A stretch of DNA of 64,000 nt from Opitutia bacterium (GTDB taxonomy: Bacteria > Verrucomicrobiota > Verrucomicrobiia > Opitutales > T3Sed10-336), in the NCBI GenBank assembly GCA_003566885.1, contig PXBO01000060.1, positions 144-64,143 on the forward strand, written 5' to 3'. The notes under the pieces were generated by a model, which worked only from the letters and a program-made list of their open reading frames with translations, did no database searches and was not told the origin of the DNA. Below, piece by piece: positions 19,301 through 27,884 of this stretch; position 1 is the stretch's first letter, and each line of letters starts with the position of its first letter. The position numbers and the translations under genes are program-made.

Positions 19301-22300
19301 CCGATTCCACGGACCAATCGGTGCCATCCGAGGAGATCGCCACCTGTCCCGACGCTCCCACAGCAACGAAACGGTCATTTCCGTAAGCGATGCTGTTCAT
19401 TTCCGCCGTCACCGGCAATTCCCGACGCTCCCAGTGCCAGTCATAAACATAAACGGGAAACTCGATCTCGGTTTTTCCAAAGAAATTTTCAACGGAAACA
19501 CGTACGTCGTACCGTCCCGGGTCGCTAAGTGAGCCCTCGATCATTCCCGTGCCCGCATCCAGCGATAGGCCTTCGGGAAGTTCGATCGCCGTATATTGCG
19601 TGTGGCCATCCGCATGATCCACGGTCAGGGAAAATTCGAAGTGTTCGCCCGTCCGAACCACCCAATTGGTATTCGCGAGCACCGGCTCCGGTTCGGGACC
19701 CTCAGCCGGAAAAACGTGCATTTCCAATTCCCGAGGCTCCGAAACGCCGATTTCGTTCTCCGCGGAAATCTCGAAATGAAACGTTCCCGGTGCGGAGGGA
19801 GTTCCCGCGAGAACTCCGGTTTCGGGATCCAAGGCGAGGCCGGGAGGAAGCTCGCTCTCGACGTTGAATCGATCCGGTCCGTAATGGGCGACGAGGCCCC
19901 CTTCAAAGTGCCGCCCGACCTGTCCCGTAAACGAAACGTCCGGAAGAAAGGGCTTCCATTCGCCTTTGGACGAGACAACACGCTGCCCGGATCCAACCGC
20001 CAGAAAGCGATTTGAGCCGGGATCCCAAGTCACGGCATTAACGGAGTCCTCGCTGCTACGCTCCACCCAATGGACGCCGTCTTCGCTCGTGTACAGGAAA
20101 CTTCCGGATGCTCCGACAAACTGATCCGCGGCATAAGCCAAATCGAGGAGGTAGGGATTCGGAGATTCATTTTCGATCCATACCTCGCCGTCCGGCGACC
20201 AAAGGAGCGTCCCGTTCGCTCCGCCGACAAGATACCGGCCCGCTCCGTAAGCGACACATTGAAGGTCTTCGCCGGTGGGGGCCGTTTGCTTATGCCAGGA
20301 CTCGCCGTCCGCCGAGGTCAGTATAAGTCCGTCGTCGCCCACGGCGACAAACCGGTCGCCGCCGTAGCGGATTCGGTTGGTCTCATACGCTTGATCCGTT
20401 TCAACGAATGTCCAGGACGTGCCGTCGGTCGAAGAAGCAAACCGGCCATGCCGGCCCGCCACAAGGTAGCGTCCGTTCCCAAAAGTGATTGAGGTCGCGG
20501 AGAAGGAATCGCCGAAAGAATCCGTCGTCCAATTCTCCGAGACGCCGTCCGCGCCACTCGCAAAACGGTTGCCGGAAACCGCAATGAAACGCCCATCGCC
20601 GTGGACAATATCGTCATAGGTACTATGGTTCGGATCGGGCTCGATAAGTGTGGCGTCCCCGTCTTCGAAAATAAGTATGCGGCCGGAATGTCCCACGACG
20701 GCGGCTCGACTGGGACCGGCGGCGATCGCCCGGGCGAAAAAATCCGTTTCCGCGGCAGTCCGATTGAAGTCGGGGGCGTGAATGGTCAACTGAAAGGTTT
20801 CCGTCCGCAGGCCGTGGATGTGGTCGCGGTGGACCTCGACGATGAAATCCCCGGAAACGGAAGGAATTCCGTATAGAATTCCCCGATACGGATCAAAATG
20901 AAGCCCTTCGGGCAATCCTTCGAATCGGTATTTCCGCAAGGGTTCGGAGGAAACGGGCAGTGAAACACGCAAGTTCCGCCACTGGCCCGCATTGAGGTGA
21001 ATCGGCTCTTCGAGAATCGGCGGTGGATCACCTGCCGCCGGATATATCTTGAAACGCATGGTGGTCGAATCCGAAGCCCGGCCCTCCTTCACCGCCCCGA
21101 TGCCGGCTTCAAACTCACCCGCCATGGCAGGCATGCCGTAAATCTCCCCGGTGTTTTCGTCGAGATCCAATCCGGGAGGCAACCCGACCGCGAAAACGGA
21201 TCCCTTTCCGAATGCGGAGCGAACTCGGGTTTGCATGGGTTTTCCGACCTGCCCCCGGGCAAGATGCGGAGCAACGGGAAGTAGCGTTTTGTCCGCCGGA
21301 AACGCCGTGAGGACATCCGGCGAACTTCCGGAACCGACCAGTTGCCCGTTCCCCGCCGCCACACGTGAAGGATCGACGAGGAAACGTGGCTTCAGCTTCG
21401 TCCACTGATAACCATCGACGGAGACGTGTACGTTACTGCGATTGGAATGAAGAATAAAGACCCCGTCGGAAAAATGAACCAAGACCGGAGATTCGCCGGA
21501 ATCAAATGTTTCGGGCGAAGGGAGCACGGACCAATTCAGGGCATCGTGCGAAAGGGCCAGTCCGGATCGGTTCCACGCGATGAAGACTTCGTTTCCCGAA
21601 ACAACGCTCCAGGCCCGTTCGATGTTTTCCGGTGCCCCCAACGTCCATTCGTCGGCCAGATTCGAGGACCAGGCCCGTCGATCATCGCCCGGAAAATAGT
21701 ACCCGTCTCCGTACGAAACACGGCTCAGATCGCGGTCCGTCAGCGGCGGGAGTGTGTTCCAGATTTCGCCATCCGAAGAATGGGCCATCCAGCCGTCCGC
21801 TCCCACAGCCAAGTACCCCCCGCTTCCGAAAACGATGTCGAAAAGCCGCGGTTCGCCGGGAACCGTCCAGGCCTCCCAGATTTTGCCGTCTTCCGATACC
21901 AGGAATTCTCCGTCGCCGAAAAGGGCCAGAAACTTTCCGCCGGTGAACCGCACCCACCAGGGGTTGGTCTCCCGCCCATGCGCGACCGTCGTCCAGGAGT
22001 GGCCGTCAGGCGATACGAAGAACTCACCGCGATTAGAGATGACGACGAACCGGTCGTTACCGAAAGCCACCGAATAAAAGTTCTCTCCTTCGAAACGGGT
22101 GGAAGACCAATCCTCCTTTTCCCGATGCGGCACGATCAGATAAGTGGATTCCTCGCTCGATCCGGCGGCGTTTGTGGCGATCAATTGGAGCGGATAGACG
22201 CCGGGTTCGGACAGCCTGCCTCTCAAGTCGGCAACGGACGAACCACCCCCGTCGAGGTGGACATCGAGATAAACTCCCTCCGGAAGTCCATTCGCCTGCC

Positions 22301-24167
22301 AGTCCGTGACCGGAAGGTCGGAGTCCGCCGATAGGCGCATACCGGAAAACTCCCCGGCTTCGAATGCAATCAGCCGGTGCACGATTTCCGGAGGCCGGGC
22401 GTCAGCCGGTTCGACAATCTGAATCCGAAACGGGGTGGGGTCGGTCAGACGGCCGCCCACCATTGCGGCCATGACGATTTCGTGAACCCCTGTCTCCTGC
22501 GGGATCCCCTCCAGAACCCCGGATTCCGCGTCGAGGGTCAGACCATCGGGTAAGCCGAAGCCAAAAAACTTGTCCGCTTCGGCGTCCTCGGCCAAAGGCA
22601 TTTCATGAGAAACCGGTTCACCCAGGATCAAGCCGATGCTCGGTTGAGGCAAAAACCCGGGCCCCCACGTTCCCGTATGTCGCAGGACAATCCCCTCCTC
22701 TCCGGTCAAAATAAGGGTATCATCGCCAGCGGCACTGCTCAAAACGTCGAGAGCCATGCCGGCGTTCTGTCGGGTCCAGGATTCTCCGTCGATGCTGCTC
22801 AGGATCGTTCCGTCCTCCGTCACCGCAATGAATCTTCCCTGTCCATGGGCAAGATGCCGAAAGTCATCGGCTGTCACCGCAGGCCGGCGTTCCCAGGCGA
22901 GGGCATCGGAAGACACCCAGATTCGCCCCTGTCGTCCACCAACCATGAAACGGCCTCCGCCCGCGGCGAGGGATTGGGTATGATCATAGGACCCCGGCCA
23001 ATCGGCCTCCGTCCAGGGACCACGCGGGTCGATCGCACGGGCGGCCCGATTCTCCGAACCCACGGCAAAGAAATAACCATCGCCAAAACCCACCTCCGCG
23101 GCCCCATCGATCGGGCGGTCGTGGTTGCTCCATTCGATGCCATTCTCCGATACTTCGAATCGAATGTCCCAAGAAGCCGCCGGGTGAGGTCGCGCGAAAA
23201 AACCGTTGCCGAAAACCAATTGGCTCAACTGCCCGCCAGTCACCGATTCGTGACGCCGGGTCCACACTTTTCCGTCGACCGAGGTGTAGGATATTCCGTC
23301 CATTCCCTGCGCGACAAAAGTACCATTCCCATAAGCCGAAGAATAGAAACGGCGATGCTCGGATTGGGGAGTGCGCACATTCCAGGATTGGCCCTCATCG
23401 GACGACGAAAGGATCAAGGGGCTAATAGAGCCGAAGCTTCCTGCTTGCTGCCACCCCGCGATCACAAACCTCCCCCCGCCGAACGTGGCGCCGGCCAAGC
23501 GATGGGACGAGTCCGTTTGAATCCTTTCCCAAACCCGATGCAATATCACCAGAGGAAACGAAACCGAAGCCTTTCCGTAGAGATTCGTCCCTTCCACCGT
23601 AAGCACATGGAATCCCGGTTCGACCGGTTGTCCGGAGAGGAGCAATCCCGCCTCCGGTAACCACTGATGGGAAAATCCATTTGGCAGGCCCGAAACCTTG
23701 AACGTCGATCCCGCGTGAGCGCCTTGGACTGGAATCGTGAGAGAGCAGATCTCATCCACGTAGGCAATGGCCGGAATTGGTGCCCGTATTTCCGCAGGAT
23801 TACCCGTCGCCGGATAAATTCTCAGAGTCAGATCCACCGGCGCGGACGTCCCGTTTTCGTTGACAGCGCCAATCCGCACGAGATGCTGGCCCGCCGCGAC
23901 CGGTGTACCTGCTATCTCCCCATTCTCCGGGTCCAGGACGACACCGGGCGGCAACGGGGCCGCAGTATAGTATTGGACCGGTCCTTCCGCCTCAAGGTGG
24001 AACGAAAAGTGCGCTCGAGCGCGAACTTCAACCAGTTGTCCGGCATCCAGCACCGGAGGTACCCCGTCCTGCGCGTTGAGCGAAAAAAAACCGCAAAGAA
24101 AAACAGGGATTGGGGCGCACCAGACCCGCATGACGGCGCACGAACAAAACGGGGGAGATAAACGCAT
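16329..24167 (-). CDS. Giant surface protein: repeated putative Ig (He_PIG-like) pairs and BNR/WD40-like beta-propellers, plus the shared C-terminal domain
   Basis: 2612 aa with signal peptide. Recurrent LPxGLxLDxxTGxIxGxP Ig motifs alternate with YGNGRFVAVG..SxDGxxW blades. C-terminus EQSSDLDQW..FYRV. Confidence 0.9.
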   Translation of the reverse strand: MRLSPPFCSCAVMRVWCAPIPVFLCGFFSLNAQDGVPPVLDAGQLVEVRARAHFSFHLEAEGPVQYYTAAPLPPGVVLDPENGEIAGTPVAAGQHLVRIGAVNENGTSAPVDLTLRIYPATGNPAEIRAPIPAIAYVDEICSLTIPVQGAHAGSTFKVSGLPNGFSHQWLPEAGLLLSGQPVEPGFHVLTVEGTNLYGKASVSFPLVILHRVWERIQTDSSHRLAGATFGGGRFVIAGWQQAGSFGSISPLILSSSDEGQSWNVRTPQSEHRRFYSSAYGNGTFVAQGMDGISYTSVDGKVWTRRHESVTGGQLSQLVFGNGFFARPHPAASWDIRFEVSENGIEWSNHDRPIDGAAEVGFGDGYFFAVGSENRAARAIDPRGPWTEADWPGSYDHTQSLAAGGGRFMVGGRQGRIWVSSDALAWERRPAVTADDFRHLAHGQGRFIAVTEDGTILSSIDGESWTRQNAGMALDVLSSAAGDDTLILTGEEGIVLRHTGTWGPGFLPQPSIGLILGEPVSHEMPLAEDAEADKFFGFGLPDGLTLDAESGVLEGIPQETGVHEIVMAAMVGGRLTDPTPFRIQIVEPADARPPEIVHRLIAFEAGEFSGMRLSADSDLPVTDWQANGLPEGVYLDVHLDGGGSSVADLRGRLSEPGVYPLQLIATNAAGSSEESTYLIVPHREKEDWSSTRFEGENFYSVAFGNDRFVVISNRGEFFVSPDGHSWTTVAHGRETNPWWVRFTGGKFLALFGDGEFLVSEDGKIWEAWTVPGEPRLFDIVFGSGGYLAVGADGWMAHSSDGEIWNTLPPLTDRDLSRVSYGDGYYFPGDDRRAWSSNLADEWTLGAPENIERAWSVVSGNEVFIAWNRSGLALSHDALNWSVLPSPETFDSGESPVLVHFSDGVFILHSNRSNVHVSVDGYQWTKLKPRFLVDPSRVAAGNGQLVGSGSSPDVLTAFPADKTLLPVAPHLARGQVGKPMQTRVRSAFGKGSVFAVGLPPGLDLDENTGEIYGMPAMAGEFEAGIGAVKEGRASDSTTMRFKIYPAAGDPPPILEEPIHLNAGQWRNLRVSLPVSSEPLRKYRFEGLPEGLHFDPYRGILYGIPSVSGDFIVEVHRDHIHGLRTETFQLTIHAPDFNRTAAETDFFARAIAAGPSRAAVVGHSGRILIFEDGDATLIEPDPNHSTYDDIVHGDGRFIAVSGNRFASGADGVSENWTTDSFGDSFSATSITFGNGRYLVAGRHGRFASSTDGTSWTFVETDQAYETNRIRYGGDRFVAVGDDGLILTSADGESWHKQTAPTGEDLQCVAYGAGRYLVGGANGTLLWSPDGEVWIENESPNPYLLDLAYAADQFVGASGSFLYTSEDGVHWVERSSEDSVNAVTWDPGSNRFLAVGSGQRVVSSKGEWKPFLPDVSFTGQVGRHFEGGLVAHYGPDRFNVESELPPGLALDPETGVLAGTPSAPGTFHFEISAENEIGVSEPRELEMHVFPAEGPEPEPVLANTNWVVRTGEHFEFSLTVDHADGHTQYTAIELPEGLSLDAGTGMIEGSLSDPGRYDVRVSVENFFGKTEIEFPVYVYDWHWERRELPVTAEMNSIAYGNDRFVAVGASGQVAISSDGTDWSVESVSGNPNLEQVHFAADRFFAVAGSRIYAAEDGIEWSMVYQSIFSITSFHWTGEQIVAIAFPYVFHSSDGQEWTTETMSHFHQHTSHGLSYGNDVFVSMQSSENFAVSEDGVEWDFHSAADFMISTRSLSFGNGYFLAAGRLGRLARSSNGLDWEPVFWMDQMPTPGDFPELRHMIFNHVYWTGNEFIATGNFSIVLHSSDGLNWREIWLSQSDGSQSRNFVGGATNGEIFVVLEKDAVQIASYDLPISITNERQTYGVVGEALAYEITTDRPLEAVTVEGLPAGLSVDGESGLISGTPLEAGSFEASVRTADNETVSARFALTLEIYPATGSPPRFLGPTAILAGAGRPFEHEVEIDGMDLSSTLAITGLPEGFTFDASTSVISGVPLEPGTYSVSVGFDNVYGERTKEIDLYIEPARWEQLSSPVDRHLNAVIFAEGRYVAVGEGGAIVTSEDGLQWDEVDSPTENDLYDIGFGGGYFRAVGEGGAVVESLGGIEWQLVAYSQKTLEGITFGPDWCVMVGDGIQIRTRIDGSEPNVREGFQALVRQRNVTWGLHGFLSSGQGNLNRAENGLDWESIGGIEPPLTGWDITDIAYGGERYHAVLHREFEVRSRIISSTDGVTWRGPDFEESGRMTGLSEGGQPVAVGNGGYIVRSVFPEYWTEDYSGVTGNLRGATRSTSGYVAVGEKGIILYRTLSGPPELLSSGEASGQMGQAFSYSIMSDQSGHELSALRLPDGLELDPETARIHGTPVGHGKNEIVVEAANAFGRSILIVPVNIVGAAPVIVSLPSEIEVHEGDPLHVSVDAYGIENARFRWFYGGDKITDSRFLGVADRILVLDEAMLSDSGEYYVELQNTFGTTVSDPVRITVVLSYDAWADALGLDGDERAIERITREGLPNLIAYALGLLPGGDIRGSAPALRREGDCVVLAFETARWASDARPVIEQSSDLDQWNVVERHAKRAAADPFVEIWTLEICEEAPSGFYRVRFEIE

Positions 24168-24308
24168 AAGAGCAGCTGTTCCAAAGGATTAATTGGGAAA
24201 GGTTTATTATCGAAAAACCCGCAAGGACGAAAGTCAAGCAGTTCCATCTGTTCAAGTGAAGAGTCGACGGATGAGGCGTTTTTTGCGATTTCTGCCCGGA
24301 CAAGCCCA

Positions 24309-24971
24309 ATGAGAAATTTCCGCGCAGTGATTTTTGATATGGACGGTCTGCTCCTGGACACAGAGCGGCTGGCGTTGTTGACGTTTAACGAAACCTGCAC
24401 CGAGTTCGGGATCGGAGAGCGGACGGAGGTGTTCATCAAGCTTATCGGCTTGAATCAGGCCCTCGGCGACGAGGTTCTCCGAAATGAGCTAAACGGCGTC
24501 GTGGACACGAAGGATTTCGGCGTGGTTTGGGAAGGGAAATACGAAGCGTTGACAACCCGAGAGCCCGTTCCGTTAAAGGCCGGGGTTCCGGAACTGTTAT
24601 CCCACCTGAAGCGGACGGAAGTGCCCGCGGCGGTGGCCACGTCCACAGAATCCTACATCGCGAAGGATAAGCTGCGGAACGCGGGAATCTTCGGTTACTT
24701 CGATTTCATAGTCGGCGGAGATCAGGTTCACAAAGGCAAACCCGATCCGGAAATCTTCCTGAAGGCCGCTTCCGGATTGGGCGTGGAGCCACAAGACTGC
24801 ATTGCGGTCGAAGATTCGGAAAACGGCGTGCGGGCAGCGGTCGCGGCGGGCATGACGGTTCTCCAGGTGCCCGACCTGGTCCCGCCCTCGCCGGAGCTCT
24901 TACGCCTCGGTCATACCGTCTTGACCGATCTACACCAAGTCCTCGAGCTGCTCTCGGCAACACGCGCCTAA
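24309..24971 (+). CDS. HAD-superfamily phosphatase (CbbY/beta-PGM-like)
   Basis: FDMDGLLLDTE, ATST, KPDPEIF and EDSENG. Confidence 0.95.
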   Translation: MRNFRAVIFDMDGLLLDTERLALLTFNETCTEFGIGERTEVFIKLIGLNQALGDEVLRNELNGVVDTKDFGVVWEGKYEALTTREPVPLKAGVPELLSHLKRTEVPAAVATSTESYIAKDKLRNAGIFGYFDFIVGGDQVHKGKPDPEIFLKAASGLGVEPQDCIAVEDSENGVRAAVAAGMTVLQVPDLVPPSPELLRLGHTVLTDLHQVLELLSATRA

Positions 24972-25561
24972 GTAACGGGTTCCCGGTTTTTCACCGGCTC
25001 CAACGCCCGCCGGTGGGGAGAAGCGGCTTCACTGAAAGGGAGGGCCGCAATACCGGCCCGTCGCATGGAGCTGCGCAGGGAATGAGCCAGGGCGTGACTG
25101 TAGGCGCGCTGGTAAAACACGAGGGACTCGTCGTACTCCGGAAGAATGTCTTCCATGGTCTCCGCATTTTGGATACGTTCGTCGAACTGCCTGCGCTTGT
25201 TTTCGATATAATCCATCAAGGCGGCATCTTCGCTCGCATCTTCGGAAAGTTTCAGCGTCCAGGTCATATCGCGATGCAACTGGCACTCTCCGACCACCTT
25301 TCCGGATACCGTGGTGTCCCACTGGTGCGGCGCCACCAGCGACAGCCAGAATCGGTCATGTTTTTGATACAGCGTGTAGGTCTTTCCGGGTACGGGACGG
25401 AACTTGAAATCGCTTTGCAAGATAAACAGCGACGTGAAAAGTTCCACCGAGATCTGGTCGATCTCCTTCGGCGGGGCATGGTCAACGGCCCGCTTTCCTT
25501 CCGCGAGGACGGAAAGGATCGGGACGAGTCCCTTTCCTTGTGGATTCGGATTCGCGGACAT
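24968..25561 (-). CDS. Hypothetical protein, DUF2452-like
   Basis: FKFRPVPGKTYTLY..LSLVAPHQW..DMTW; TGATG coupling to the upstream dehydrogenase. Confidence 0.7.
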   Translation of the reverse strand: MSANPNPQGKGLVPILSVLAEGKRAVDHAPPKEIDQISVELFTSLFILQSDFKFRPVPGKTYTLYQKHDRFWLSLVAPHQWDTTVSGKVVGECQLHRDMTWTLKLSEDASEDAALMDYIENKRRQFDERIQNAETMEDILPEYDESLVFYQRAYSHALAHSLRSSMRRAGIAALPFSEAASPHRRALEPVKNREPVT

Positions 25562-26574
25562 CAGCCAAGCGTAATCACCACTTTGCCAAAATGAGCGCCG
25601 CTTTCGAGGTAGGCGTAGGCATTCAAGGCTTCCTCGAAGGGAAAGACCCGGTCGATCTGCGGTTGCATTTGGCGGAGGCCGATCGCCCGGTTCATGTCCT
25701 CGAACATCTCCCGGCTGCCGACAAAAATCCCGTGCACCTCGGCCAGCTTACCGATCATCAGCCCCAACGGCGCCTCCACGTTAAACCCGCTCACGCCGCC
25801 CACCACATGGACGTTTCCGTTCAGCGCGAGGCACTTCAGCGACTTGGCAAAGGTTTCGGCGCCGCCAACCTCCAAAGCCTGCTGCACCCCGGCCCCCCCG
25901 GTCAGCCGCAGCACCTCCTTTTCCCAATCGGGGGTCTGACGGTAATTGATGCCGAAATCCGCTCCCAGCTCCCTGGCTCGCGCCAGCTTCTCGTCGCTGC
26001 CCGAGGTAATAATCACCCGCGCCCCGTGCATTTTGGCGAACTGCAGTCCGAAGATCGATACCCCGCCGGTGCCCAGCAGCAACACGGTCTGTCCGGCATG
26101 CACCCTTCCCCGGAAAACCAGCGCCTGCCACGCGGTCAAGGCCGCGCAAGGCAGGGTGGCCGCCTCCTCGTAACTGAGGTGGTCGGGAACCGCCACCAAC
26201 CCCGCCTCGTTCAGCGTCACCCGTTCCGCCAGCATTCCGTCGCGAGCGCCGCCCAAGGCACTGCCTGCGGTTTCGGGTGGGGCCGGCCCGCTTTTCCACT
26301 CCTGAAAAAAGGTCGCCGCCACCCGGTCCCCGGGTTTCCAGCGAGTAACGCCCTCCCCGACGGCAACCACATCGCCGGCGCCGTCCGAAAGGGGAATCAC
26401 CGGGTAATTGGCTCCGCGGGCGTAATTTCCCTGGAAAATCATCAGATCCCGGAAATTCAGGGAGGTGGCCCGCACCCGCACCACCACCTCTCCGGCGGCC
26501 GGCGTCGGATCCGGCAGATCGACGAGCGTCAAACGAGGTGTTTCCTTTTCCAATACAAGCTGATAGGCCTTCAT
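25561..26574 (-). CDS. NAD(P)-dependent medium-chain alcohol dehydrogenase-like protein
   Basis: SLNFRD, PLSDGAG, AATLPCAALTAW, GTGGVS and HFGKVVI. Confidence 0.95.
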   Translation of the reverse strand: MKAYQLVLEKETPRLTLVDLPDPTPAAGEVVVRVRATSLNFRDLMIFQGNYARGANYPVIPLSDGAGDVVAVGEGVTRWKPGDRVAATFFQEWKSGPAPPETAGSALGGARDGMLAERVTLNEAGLVAVPDHLSYEEAATLPCAALTAWQALVFRGRVHAGQTVLLLGTGGVSIFGLQFAKMHGARVIITSGSDEKLARARELGADFGINYRQTPDWEKEVLRLTGGAGVQQALEVGGAETFAKSLKCLALNGNVHVVGGVSGFNVEAPLGLMIGKLAEVHGIFVGSREMFEDMNRAIGLRQMQPQIDRVFPFEEALNAYAYLESGAHFGKVVITLG

Positions 26575-26699
26575 AAATCGCTTCCTTTCGGATTACTGAT
26601 CGACAGGAATAGAGGTTCCAGAAATGAGTATCGACCTCGGGCCGCAACTCGTCAAACCCCGACCAAAGCCGGATTCGTCCGGGTCGGCCTGAATTACGG

Positions 26700-26849
26700 T
26701 ATACTTTGCGTCATCAAGTTTCGGAAAACCATTGCCTGCCTTGGCGCACCCCGATGTGGCATCCGTGCTTTCGCGGGCCTGCGTCAGAGAGGGCGTTCGC
26801 AAGCGAGCACGCCACATAGGGATTCCGAAAACTTGATGAGGGGAGTATA
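26700..26849. mobile_element. TA-ended MITE-like element carrying a REP hairpin
   Basis: Imperfect 27-bp TIRs: TATACTTTGCGTCATCAAGTTTCGGAA and reverse complement TATACTCCCCTCATCAAGTTTTCGGAA. Contains the REP at 26792-26815. Confidence 0.65.
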
Positions 26850-26867
26850 ACGTGCGCCAAAAGCAGA

Positions 26868-26899
26868 GCGGGCAGTCTCCCCAATGAGAGACTGCCCGC
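26868..26899 (-). terminator. Intrinsic terminator-like hairpin
   Basis: 12-bp perfect stem GCGGGCAGTCTC / GAGACTGCCCGC, downstream of 26949-27731. Confidence 0.6.
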
Positions 26900-26948
26900 G
26901 AAAAAGCGCCTGATTCGGGCGCTATCCCGGCTGGATCGGATTACAGCT

Positions 26949-27731
26949 TCACCGACCTCGCCAGCCGCCGCCACCTTGGCCACCGCCACCGGGAGCACCG
27001 CCGCCGGCGCCTCTTCCGCCCCCGCCTCCACCCCATGCGGGGTTGGCGCCGGGGGCCGGCATCATGCGGCGCATATTATCCATCAACTCCACATCCTCCG
27101 GCAGAAACGCCGGATTATCGGCTACCAAGGCACGTGATTCCTCTCCCAAAGCCTGGAAAGCTTCCCCTAACTCTCGTCCCCGCTGCATCAGCCGACGTTG
27201 TTGATTGGATCCCTGCTCGGCCTGCATGGCGCGACCCATCACGTCACGCATTTCGGTGCCCAGGGCCTGCATGCGATTCTCGATTTCGCGAATCTCGGGC
27301 GAGGTTTCCGCCGCCGCCTCCCAACGACCGCGGAATTCCACCATGCGCTCGCGCATTGCCTGCCACTCCTCGCGCCGCTGCTGCGGCGTCATTTGCGGAG
27401 GCTCGGGTTCGGTGACCTGCTGCACCCGGGAGGTTCGCATGGACAATTGTTTTTCCACGCCTTCAAAACGGACGGTGAGTTGGCGCGTTTGGCTGTCGAA
27501 AGCCACCGCTTCCAGGCCGTGAGCCCGCTCTCCGAGCCCAAGCCAGAAACTCCGTCCATTGGCCGGATCGTTGATGCTGAACATGGCTCCTCCGGGAAGA
27601 CTGGCGACCGACCTGAGTTCAAGCTGGTCAAGAAAAGAGGAAACGTCGGCTTCCTCGCTGGCATAAGCCGTCAGGCCGATGCCGAAGACCGCGATCATCA
27701 TCGCGGTCAGAACGGTATGGATTTTTTTCAT
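26949..27731 (-). CDS. Secreted protein with a GspC/PilP-like beta domain, coiled coil and Gly-rich tail
   Basis: Signal peptide from ATG 27731; LELRSV..FSINDP..SFWLGLGE..GLEAVAFD..LTVRFEG..QLSM. Paralog of 44420-45145. Confidence 0.75.
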   Translation of the reverse strand: MKKIHTVLTAMMIAVFGIGLTAYASEEADVSSFLDQLELRSVASLPGGAMFSINDPANGRSFWLGLGERAHGLEAVAFDSQTRQLTVRFEGVEKQLSMRTSRVQQVTEPEPPQMTPQQRREEWQAMRERMVEFRGRWEAAAETSPEIREIENRMQALGTEMRDVMGRAMQAEQGSNQQRRLMQRGRELGEAFQALGEESRALVADNPAFLPEDVELMDNMRRMMPAPGANPAWGGGGGGRGAGGGAPGGGGQGGGGWRGR

Positions 27732-27884
27732 GGCGTGCAGATTGTGCAGTGTACAAGTACTTAATCGCTGAAAACGGGGCTTTGGTTTCATTATTTTTTT
27801 CAAACCGGTCATGCTGCCCCTGCAAAGCCCATTTCAACGGTCGCCCGATACGATACGAAAGGGCAGGCGACGGGGACACCGGCT

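Noticed and set aside
15597-24167. TA pair plus giant gene as an integrative element
   Set aside because: No integrase, att repeats or tRNA target seen.
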